Assembly: GCA_051886215.1 (NCBI GenBank)
Contig: JBJEXX010000111.1
Span: forward strand, 2,679-66,678
Source of the DNA: Bacilli bacterium
GTDB lineage: Bacteria; Bacillota_I; Bacilli_A; RF39; UBA660
Reading direction: 5' to 3'
Length of the DNA stretch: 64,000 nt
Both the position numbers and the translations under genes were made by a program. Position 1 is the stretch's first letter, and each line of letters opens with the position of its first letter. Below, one piece after another: positions 1 to 7,925 of the stretch. The notes beneath the pieces are model-generated. The model searched no databases and was not told where the DNA came from. It saw only the letters and a list, made by a program, of their open reading frames with translations.

Positions 1-1
1 A

Positions 2-214
2 TTATTTCTTACCCTTTCCATCTTTTAATATTATTTTATTTTCCGCTAATTCTTCTAAAGCTCTACCTATACTTTTTTTTGATACATAATCTTTTTCAGG
101 AAGTTGTAAATGTCCTGTTTGTTGTATTTCTTTACTTCTTTTCGCAGCAATATGTACTAATCGATATTTAGAATCAACAATATTTAATAATTTATCAATT
201 GATGGATATATCAT
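2..214 (-). CDS. rpoZ: DNA-directed RNA polymerase subunit omega
   Basis: 70-aa ORF. The N-terminus MIYPSIDKLL..SKYRLVHIAAKRSKEI matches the conserved omega helix region. Confidence 0.85.
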   Translation of the reverse strand: MIYPSIDKLLNIVDSKYRLVHIAAKRSKEIQQTGHLQLPEKDYVSKKSIGRALEELAENKIILKDGKGKK

Positions 215-308
215 AATTACCCCTCCTCTATTTTAAGAATATATGCTTTTAACTTAATAATCAATACTTTACTAAAAATTAGACAATAATTTACATTAAT
301 ATTTACAC

Positions 309-334
309 AAAATAAAAAGGCCCAAATAAGGCCT
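309..334 (-). terminator. Rho-independent terminator after the coat-gene 3' segment
   Basis: On the minus strand AGGCC-ttatttg-GGCCT is followed by TTTTATTTT, starting 5 nt after the stop at 339-341. Confidence 0.55.
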
Positions 335-338
335 AATC

Positions 339-477
339 TTATCTAAATTGATTACATGATCCACATTGAATATTACTTACTACATTTTCTTCACAACATG
401 AATATTCTGGTCTATAAGTATGTCTATATATATGATGATTTATAATTCTAGTTCTGATTGGACAAACATGTCCTTGT
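339..477 (-). pseudogene. CotD-like spore coat protein, 3' (C-terminal) segment of a split gene
   Basis: 44 in-frame codons, GHVCPIRTRIINHHIYRHTYRPEYSCCEENVVSNIQCGSCNQFR*. There is no ATG/GTG/TTG start and no SD; an in-frame TAA lies 12 codons upstream of the Gly codon. The frame is continuous with ORF 7926-8159 if 7,458 bp are removed. Confidence 0.7.
473..477. repeat. Left copy of shared core CTTGT (putative att crossover region)
   Basis: This is the only k-mer of 5 or more shared by the two junctions (read by eye). It lies inside codons gg[a caa g]ga on the minus strand. Confidence 0.45.
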
Positions 478-776
478 CCTTTTTTGATATACCTAATTCT
501 TTAATATCTCCATATCTGCATCGCTGAGTTTTCCAGTTAAATCCTCTTTTTTTAATCCTAATTCAATGTATTCTCTAAAATCAGAATTTAAAACATTTTT
601 ATCAAAAACCAAAAAGATCATTTTAAAACTAATCTACAATATTTATATTATTCTAACAATATTTCAAAAGTCTATTTTTTCTTAACAACCAAAATATTTG
701 AATACTTTAGTTTAATTAACCAATCATCCGCTTTTCAGGTCCTAATGATAAACCATCAAAAGTAATTTTCTTCATA

Positions 777-1640
777 TCAAACTTCTTTATTCTCTATTAC
801 CAAATTATCTTCTACATATTCATATGATAGTGCATTGTCTTTACTTATAACAGACGCACCTAAGTTCTTTTCAATATCTTCTCTAGCCACTTTAGAAACA
901 TGACCTCCAATTTTAGCTATTTCTTTATTAGCCTTTAATCCAAATGGTTTATGTTTCTTAACTAATTCTCTAGTAGCAATTTCACTTAAATCAGTTAATG
1001 CAACTTCAATATCAGTCATGTTATCTCTCAAATTTTCTTTTCTAATATTTTTATAAAACTTATATTGTTGAGCTGTCATACCCGACCACTCTTTATATAT
1101 TTCATTAGTAAGTATCGCATAATCAACATTTTGTGTTATGCCATTCTCTTTCCAAGCGTTAGTCAATTTCTTTCTATCAAGAATTGCTTTTATTCTTATC
1201 TCAATCCACTCTAAGGTATAACCTTTAGTTAGATAATAATCTATCATTTTATCTATTCCCTTTGATGGATCAAAAACATTATCTATTTCTTCTCTACCCA
1301 GTTTTGCTAGCCATAGCTTAAATGGTTCTGCTTTAGGACTAGGTATGGACTCAATAAGTCTGAATACTCCTTCAGTATTCAATGTATCTGTCATATATTT
1401 CTTACCATCTTTTTGAGACTTTAATTTCAGTTGCACGATTTTTTCGTGCAACTCACTTCCCTCATCAATTAATCTTCTTTTTAAGTCGCTCCAATAATTT
1501 CTAGGTATCTTATTTTTTACTAATGCTGAAATTATATCGACCACACTAAAATAGTAATCTTCTTCATCATTATTCCAAACACTTCTAATTTCGTTTCCTT
1601 CAAATAATTTTGTAATTGTGTCAACTTTGTTTTGTTCCAT
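777..1640 (-). CDS. Bro-N domain protein (antirepressor/DinD-like)
   Basis: FEGNEIRSVWNNDEEDYYFSVVDIISAL is a typical Bro-N signature. The start was moved to the ATG at 1640, preceded by GGGAGGG. Confidence 0.6.
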   Translation of the reverse strand: MEQNKVDTITKLFEGNEIRSVWNNDEEDYYFSVVDIISALVKNKIPRNYWSDLKRRLIDEGSELHEKIVQLKLKSQKDGKKYMTDTLNTEGVFRLIESIPSPKAEPFKLWLAKLGREEIDNVFDPSKGIDKMIDYYLTKGYTLEWIEIRIKAILDRKKLTNAWKENGITQNVDYAILTNEIYKEWSGMTAQQYKFYKNIRKENLRDNMTDIEVALTDLSEIATRELVKKHKPFGLKANKEIAKIGGHVSKVAREDIEKNLGASVISKDNALSYEYVEDNLVIENKEV

Positions 1641-1701
1641 ATTCAACCCTCCCTTATTTAGCATTTTGTCAAAAACATTATATCAAACATTTGTTTTTAT
1701 A

Positions 1702-3261
1702 TCAATATAAAAAAGTAACTTTTATATTGATTTTTTTATTTGCAAATATTTCTATTTTATCAATTAAATTAATTATTAATTCCCTACTTGGTTCCTTCAT
1801 AGATAAAAATTTATTAATATATTCATTAATTATTTTATTTTTAGTTTCTTCATTAATATTATCATTTATACTATTATCTAATTCATTATATCTTTTTTGT
1901 TTTATATTTAGTTCCCGCTCTAATTTTTCTTTTACTCTTTCAAATTGTTCTTCAGTTATCATTTTATTTAACTTATCAATATAAATAATATCTAAATTAT
2001 CATTTATTTGTTTAATATCACTGGTAAGTATTTCTAATTCTTTTTTATTAGTAGTTTTATTTTTTTTAATTAAATTGTTTAATACAGTATTTTTGATTTT
2101 ATCCTTATCGATACAATTAAAACACATATCAGTCAAAATTTTAAGAATTACTTTTTCTAGCTTCTCATAATTATTTGAGTGAGTTGTACATAACTTTTGT
2201 TTCATATAAGTTCTATAATAATTACAAATAGTATAACATCTATTATCTTTTTTTCTTCTAGAAGTTATAGATATTCTATGACCACAATCACCACAATATA
2301 AAAGACCATCTAATAAATGTATTTCTTTCTTTTCGTTCCTTCCTACATTTTTAGGTATTCTTTTTTGAACTTCATAAAAAATATCTTTATCTATAATTGC
2401 CTCATGAGTATTTTTTACAATTATATAATCACTTTGATTATTATTTATTACTTTTTTTACTTTATAATTAACTTTACTTCTTTTATTTTGTACCATATCT
2501 CCTATATATATTCTATTAATTAAAATATCTCTTATAGTTTTTGGATGCCACTGTCCATAATTTAATTTATAATTTTTTTTCCATTCAAAGTTATAGTAAC
2601 TTGCAGGAGTTTTAATTTTTTCCTCAGTTAATCTTTTAGCAATATTAAAAAAAGATAATCCTTCTAAAGACATATTAAATATTCTTTTTACTATAATTGC
2701 TTGTTCACTATTTATTACTAAATGATTTTTGTTTTTACTATCTTTTTTATAACCAAATGGCGCTCTAGAACCTACCCACTTTCCTTCTTTTTGTTTTGCC
2801 CTTAAACTAGATTTAATTTTTTTAGAAATATCTTTGGCGTACATATCATTCATAATAGCTTTAAAAGGCGCAATATCATTATTAGAACTATCTAAGAATG
2901 TATCAATATTATCAGTAACCGCAATATATCTAACATTATGTTCTGGAAAATATTTTTCTATTAAATTTCCAGTACCAATATAGTCTCTTCCAAGTCTTGA
3001 CATATCTTTTGTAATAACCATATTTATTTTTTTTGATTCTATATCATTTAAAAGTCTCTTAAACTCAGGTCTTTCAAAATTAGTACCTGAATAACCATCA
3101 TCAATATAAATATCATAAACTTTTAAATTATTTTCTTTTACATATTGTAATAATAGACTTTTTTGATTTTTAATACTTTCACTTTCAATTTTTTTATCAT
3201 CATCTTCTCTTGATAATCTTATATAGATACCTACATTATAAATATCATGAATATCTAGCAC
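1702..3261 (-). CDS. Large serine recombinase (resolvase/invertase N-domain + recombinase domain + zinc ribbon + coiled coil)
   Basis: 519 aa. The N-terminus VGIYIRLSREDD..SIKNQ..IYIDDGYSGTNFERPEF..L carries the catalytic Ser motif. CGDCGH...C..C forms a zinc ribbon and the C-terminus is a Lys/Glu-rich coiled coil. Start codon is GTG. Confidence 0.9.
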   Translation of the reverse strand: MLDIHDIYNVGIYIRLSREDDDKKIESESIKNQKSLLLQYVKENNLKVYDIYIDDGYSGTNFERPEFKRLLNDIESKKINMVITKDMSRLGRDYIGTGNLIEKYFPEHNVRYIAVTDNIDTFLDSSNNDIAPFKAIMNDMYAKDISKKIKSSLRAKQKEGKWVGSRAPFGYKKDSKNKNHLVINSEQAIIVKRIFNMSLEGLSFFNIAKRLTEEKIKTPASYYNFEWKKNYKLNYGQWHPKTIRDILINRIYIGDMVQNKRSKVNYKVKKVINNNQSDYIIVKNTHEAIIDKDIFYEVQKRIPKNVGRNEKKEIHLLDGLLYCGDCGHRISITSRRKKDNRCYTICNYYRTYMKQKLCTTHSNNYEKLEKVILKILTDMCFNCIDKDKIKNTVLNNLIKKNKTTNKKELEILTSDIKQINDNLDIIYIDKLNKMITEEQFERVKEKLERELNIKQKRYNELDNSINDNINEETKNKIINEYINKFLSMKEPSRELIINLIDKIEIFANKKINIKVTFLY

Positions 3262-3419
3262 TATTTCTTATTATCCTTACATTTATTTGTTTTAATATGT
3301 GAAGATGATATTTCCTTTTTACTAATACTTTTTAGATAATTATTAACTTCTTTATTTAATACTTTAATAAAAATATCGTTTATATTCATATTGCCATATT
3401 CTATATTAATTTTATACAT
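3261..3419 (-). CDS. Hypothetical 52-aa basic protein, translationally coupled to the recombinase (candidate directionality factor)
   Basis: GAGGAG SD sits 10 nt before the ATG at 3419. Its TAG stop shares one base with the recombinase GTG start (TAGTG). Confidence 0.5.
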   Translation of the reverse strand: MYKINIEYGNMNINDIFIKVLNKEVNNYLKSISKKEISSSHIKTNKCKDNKK

Positions 3420-3516
3420 AAGTTATAAGCTCCTCACTTAAACTTATTAAATAAATTTATTTTTATTATTAAAAAAAATATATAAAGAAGAATATCTTCA
3501 ATATATATTTGTTATA

Positions 3517-4314
3517 TTATTTTTTTCTAATAGGAAATTGTATTTCAGTTAAATAATCATTTTCACTATCTTTATTCCAACAACCATCTATATAACATTC
3601 TCTAGCATTATCAATTATTTCATAATTATTTTCTTCAATATATTTTAAAATAATATTATAAGAATCTCTTAAATTTTCATAAGGTCCTTTATGATAAATA
3701 CATACCGCGGTAATAGGATCAGAATACATAAATTTTACTCTTTCTGTTTCTTTACCAACTTTTTCTACTGCTTGTGCATATCTAATCTTTATATCACTTT
3801 CTTTATATTCGCCATCCAAATAACTAATGTAACAATAATCTGGAACTACACATTTTAAATTTGGATTAGCTTTTGCACATTCTGTTCCTGCATTAAAAGC
3901 AAATTCTGATACTTTACCAAAATCTTCAATTATACCATCACAATAATAGATTATATAGCTTGGTATTTCTTTAATAAATATCTCATTTTTCATATTATCT
4001 CCCTCCAATAAATAATTAATTTTGGAAAGCTGTGTATTAAATAAAGCAATATTTTCTTCTATTTCTTTTTTTCTATTATTAAGTATTATTTCTACATTTT
4101 CACCATCTAAAACTTTTTTTATGTCCTTTATAGATAGTCCCATCTGTTTAAAATGAATTATCTTAGATATTTCTATTAATTGACTAGTCTCATAATATCT
4201 ATAACCGGTATTTAAATCTACATAGACAGGTTTTAATAAACCTTCTTTTTCATAATATCTAAGTGTCTTTATTGTTGTTTTAGACATACTAGAAAAATCA
4301 CCTATTTTATACAT
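3517..4314 (-). CDS. MerR-family transcriptional regulator with GyrI-like effector-binding domain
   Basis: N-terminal YKIGDFSSMSKTTIKTLRYYEKEGLL is a MerR HTH, followed by a coiled-coil linker and a ~150-aa C-terminal domain as in BmrR-type regulators. Confidence 0.8.
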   Translation of the reverse strand: MYKIGDFSSMSKTTIKTLRYYEKEGLLKPVYVDLNTGYRYYETSQLIEISKIIHFKQMGLSIKDIKKVLDGENVEIILNNRKKEIEENIALFNTQLSKINYLLEGDNMKNEIFIKEIPSYIIYYCDGIIEDFGKVSEFAFNAGTECAKANPNLKCVVPDYCYISYLDGEYKESDIKIRYAQAVEKVGKETERVKFMYSDPITAVCIYHKGPYENLRDSYNIILKYIEENNYEIIDNARECYIDGCWNKDSENDYLTEIQFPIRKK

Positions 4315-4377
4315 ATTGCGCCTCCTAAATTATTTATACAACCTACTCTAAGGGGAGAGTCAATAATTTTTTTATAA

Positions 4378-5169
4378 TTAAACTAATTCTTTTTTATTGT
4401 AACGTATTACAGTTAATACCAAAAATATAATAGATATAAAAATACTAATAAAAATAATTAATGGATTAATCGCTACTTTTTCTATAACATTTCTAATGTC
4501 CGCAAGTGTAAAAATAGAAAAATATTTTAAAAATTCAACATTTTTAGAAAGTGTAGATAAAGTTTGTAAAACATAACTAATTAAAACTAATCCTAAACTA
4601 ATTCCAAAGACTTTTTTTGTTTTATGAGTAAATGTTGATAAAAACATACAAACAAAATACATTACAACAGAAGAAAATATAGGAGTAATACTTAACAAGA
4701 TGTATTGTTTTTTATAAAAATCTCCACTCAAGGATAATCCTATAAAATTAAATATACCAAGTAATAATACTAATAATAATATATATATTAATCCTACTAC
4801 TACTTTATTAAAAATAATATTATTTCTACTGACTGGTAAACTATTTAAGTATTCAATGGTTTTATCACTTTCTTCTTTTAATAAAATTCTAGATCCTAAT
4901 ATTCCTGAATAACATCCTGTAATTAATAAAACAAATACAAAACCTTCAGTTTTTAACCATCCAAAAGCAGTATCTATTGATGAAATATCCATATTAAAAG
5001 CTTTTAACATATCTTCAGGAAATATTTTCATCATTTCATTCATCATTTCTATATTTTCACTATTACTTATGGAAGGATATATAAGAAAAACTACTAAAAA
5101 TAATCCTAATAATATTGTCAACCAAATCATAAAATTTTTAAAATTAACTTTAAGTTCTCTTTTAAACAT
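4378..5169 (-). CDS. ABC-2 type transporter permease
   Basis: 263 aa with about six hydrophobic segments, immediately downstream of the ABC ATPase. Confidence 0.7.
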   Translation of the reverse strand: MFKRELKVNFKNFMIWLTILLGLFLVVFLIYPSISNSENIEMMNEMMKIFPEDMLKAFNMDISSIDTAFGWLKTEGFVFVLLITGCYSGILGSRILLKEESDKTIEYLNSLPVSRNNIIFNKVVVGLIYILLLVLLLGIFNFIGLSLSGDFYKKQYILLSITPIFSSVVMYFVCMFLSTFTHKTKKVFGISLGLVLISYVLQTLSTLSKNVEFLKYFSIFTLADIRNVIEKVAINPLIIFISIFISIIFLVLTVIRYNKKELV

Positions 5170-5180
5170 ATTATCACCTC

Positions 5181-6044
5181 CTACTCATAATAATGTAAAA
5201 ATATATCTTCCAAAGTCGCTTCTTCAATTAATATCTTATCTATATTATACTTTGAAAGCTTTTTTATTAATTTATCTGGTAATAGTTCATTTTGAAAACG
5301 TATAGTGTCATTTTCTTGAGTAATAACACTTATTTTTAAATCTTTAATTATTTTATTTATTTCAGAAGAAGAAATAGTTACAAAAGTTAAATTTTTTTTA
5401 TGCATTTCTTCAATCGTTTCAACTTTTAATAATTTGCCATCTTTAATAATACCAACACGATCACATATTTTAGATACTTCATTTAAAATATGCGTAGAAT
5501 AAAATATGGTTGTTCCTTTTTTCTTTTCTTCTTGCAATAATTCATAAAAAACTTTCTGCATAATAGGATCTAACCCGCTTGTTGGTTCATCTAATATTAA
5601 CAGCTTAGGTTTATGCATAAAAGCAAGTACTATACCCAATTTTTTAGAATTTCCTAAAGATAAGTCTTCTATCTTTTTTGTTTCATCTAATTTAAATTTA
5701 TTAACTAATTCACATCTTCTTTTATGAATATTTTTTTTATAAAAAGATTCATGATAATCTAACATTTCTTTAACAGTTAAATCATCATATAAATGAATTT
5801 CACTAGGTAAATAACCAATAATTTCTTTTAAACAAATATTGTTTTTATTAAAAACTTGACCATTTATTAAAACTTCTCCTTCAGTTTTATTAATTAAATT
5901 CATAATTGAACGTATAGTTGTAGATTTACCCGCTCCATTTGGACCAATAAATCCAAATACTTCTCCTTCTACTAAAGATAAAGTTAAGTTTTCTACTCCT
6001 AATATCTTACCATAATATTTAGTTAAGTTTTTTATTTCTAACAT
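5181..6044 (-). CDS. ABC transporter ATP-binding protein
   Basis: Walker A GPNGAGKST, signature-like LSLGNSKK, Walker B LLILDEPTSGLD. Confidence 0.9.
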   Translation of the reverse strand: MLEIKNLTKYYGKILGVENLTLSLVEGEVFGFIGPNGAGKSTTIRSIMNLINKTEGEVLINGQVFNKNNICLKEIIGYLPSEIHLYDDLTVKEMLDYHESFYKKNIHKRRCELVNKFKLDETKKIEDLSLGNSKKLGIVLAFMHKPKLLILDEPTSGLDPIMQKVFYELLQEEKKKGTTIFYSTHILNEVSKICDRVGIIKDGKLLKVETIEEMHKKNLTFVTISSSEINKIIKDLKISVITQENDTIRFQNELLPDKLIKKLSKYNIDKILIEEATLEDIFLHYYE

Positions 6045-6207
6045 ATCTAACTCCTCACTATTTTTATATACAAACTATATATAAATTTATTATACTATAT
6101 AAATATTTTTTTGAATAAAAAAAATTTTTACCACTTATTAACTTATTTAAAAATAAACAAATTAAAATATTTTTCAACGAATTTATTCGCTACAAATATT
6201 TTAGAGT

Positions 6208-6251
6208 GTATAAAAACATCCTATGTTAATAAATTATTTTTATAGGATGTT
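6208..6251 (-). terminator. Putative terminator after the Fic gene
   Basis: 10-bp stem AACATCCTAT/ATAGGATGTT with a 17-nt loop, followed by TTTTAT on the minus strand. Confidence 0.45.
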
Positions 6252-6262
6252 TAATCTTTTTA

Positions 6263-7012
6263 TCAGTTTTCCTCTATTTCAAAATCTAATAACTCTTCAC
6301 AAGTTTTTTCATATAAATCCTGTTCATGTTTAATAGTATCAATTAAGAACATTTTATCATTTTCATATTCTTTTAATCCTCTCATATAATAAGGTTTATC
6401 ATCATCTAATACAATAAAGGGCATAATGTTATTTCTTAAACATTCTTTAAACATTATAATTCTACCAACACGACCATTTCCATCTCCAAATGGATGTATT
6501 CTTTCAAATCTAAAATGAAAATCAACTATATCTTCTAAAGTAATATTAGTTTTAGAATTATATTCATTTAATAATTCTTCTATTTCTTGTTCTACATTTT
6601 CTGGTGCAGTAGTATTAATAACATTAACTACACCTATAATATTAGGAACAACTTTAAATCCACCAACATTATATCTAGGATTTTCTTCATCACTAGTATT
6701 TCTTTTTAAAATCTTATTCATTTCAATTATCATATCTTTAGTTAAAGGTTCATCAACATTATCTAATATATAATCAAACAATTTAAAATGATTTTTAGAT
6801 TCAGTTAAATCATCTAATTTAATTAAATCATCACTTTTAGGAATAAATGAAGATGTATCAAATATTGCTTCAGTTTGTTCACTAGTTAATCTACTACCTT
6901 CAATTTTATTTGAATTATAAGCAAAATTAACTTGTGAATAATGATATATATTCCCTTTAAATTTAGATTCTTTTTGTTTAATTAATTCATTTTTAATTTT
7001 ATTTATATTCAT
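6263..7012 (-). CDS. Fic family protein (AMPylase-type, N-terminal inhibitory motif)
   Basis: Fic motif HPFGDGNGRVGR. The N-terminal SNKIEG fits the (S/T)xxxE(G/N) inhibitory helix motif. Confidence 0.9.
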   Translation of the reverse strand: MNINKIKNELIKQKESKFKGNIYHYSQVNFAYNSNKIEGSRLTSEQTEAIFDTSSFIPKSDDLIKLDDLTESKNHFKLFDYILDNVDEPLTKDMIIEMNKILKRNTSDEENPRYNVGGFKVVPNIIGVVNVINTTAPENVEQEIEELLNEYNSKTNITLEDIVDFHFRFERIHPFGDGNGRVGRIIMFKECLRNNIMPFIVLDDDKPYYMRGLKEYENDKMFLIDTIKHEQDLYEKTCEELLDFEIEEN

Positions 7013-7039
7013 AAAATCATCTACCTTTCAAATTATAAT

Positions 7040-7801
7040 TTATCTATTATTTCTAGTACATAGTTGATTTAACGGACATTCTTCACAATTCTTCTTGTTA
7101 CAAAATGAATTTCCTAACTCCCATAAATATTTATCTATATCACTTGGATTGATATTTAATTCTTTACCTACATTAATATAAGAATCAGATAATTTTGAAA
7201 TTTCACTATTTGAAAGACTGTTTACATTAATTATATTGGTTAAATAACTAATTTCAATATCATGTCTATCTATTGGAATAGAATTTACCTTTTCTTTGAA
7301 ATTGCATATATTAGAATCACTTATTATTCGTATTAGTAACCCCCCTGTTTTTTGCCCATAACCTTTAATACTTCGTATAAATTGGCTTAATCCATCAATG
7401 TTTTTAATAGTTTTTAAGTAATTTAAAATATTATCATATTTAAGTAATTCATTAGATAAATTAATCCATTTTTTAGTTGCCAAATTAGGATATCTTGGAT
7501 GAATATTATTTACAATAATATCATTCAATTCGTTTTCTTTCATTTGACTAACATATTTAGGACAAAATATACTAGGATATTTTTCATAAGTATTAATCAA
7601 GTTTTTATGATATATTTTAGAGCGCACACCATAATCTAATAAACAAGAATAAAACATATATATAAAATATTCATTTGTACCATAATTTATATTTTTTGGA
7701 AATTCTACATTTGCTAGTCTTTCTTTGTCCGCAAAATAATTATTAAGTTTTTCTATAATTTCTTTACATCTATTATAATCAATATTCAAAATTATCACCA
7801 C
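7040..7801 (-). CDS. HhH-GPD / endonuclease III-like protein with C-terminal Cys cluster
   Basis: IKGYGQKTGGLLIR is a helix-hairpin-helix-like motif followed by PIDRHD. C-terminal CNKKNCEECPLNQLC is C-x4-C-x2-C-x5-C. The start codon is uncertain (GTG at 7801 or TTG at 7789). Confidence 0.4.
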   Translation of the reverse strand: MVIILNIDYNRCKEIIEKLNNYFADKERLANVEFPKNINYGTNEYFIYMFYSCLLDYGVRSKIYHKNLINTYEKYPSIFCPKYVSQMKENELNDIIVNNIHPRYPNLATKKWINLSNELLKYDNILNYLKTIKNIDGLSQFIRSIKGYGQKTGGLLIRIISDSNICNFKEKVNSIPIDRHDIEISYLTNIINVNSLSNSEISKLSDSYINVGKELNINPSDIDKYLWELGNSFCNKKNCEECPLNQLCTRNNR

Positions 7802-7925
7802 ATTTTCAAATTAATAATTATTAATTTAATCTATACCAATTATACCATACAAAAAGACTTTTATTATCAAAATGCATTTAAATTTGTACTTATTTTCTCT
7901 TAATTATTTTGTCTATCATAAATTA

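Noticed and set aside
493-621. 42-aa ORF (MIFLVFDKNVLNSDFREYIELGLKKEDLTGKLSDADMEILKN) just inside the left end of the element
   Set aside because: There is no recognisable SD upstream of its ATG and no family resemblance. It could be an excision accessory gene, but the sequence gives no support, so it is not reported as a feature.
7907-7915. TATCAnAAA motif near both element ends in inverted orientation (also at 481-489), considered as recombinase-binding arms
   Set aside because: The two copies are not equidistant from either candidate crossover core, and the motif is short and AT-rich, so a chance occurrence is likely.
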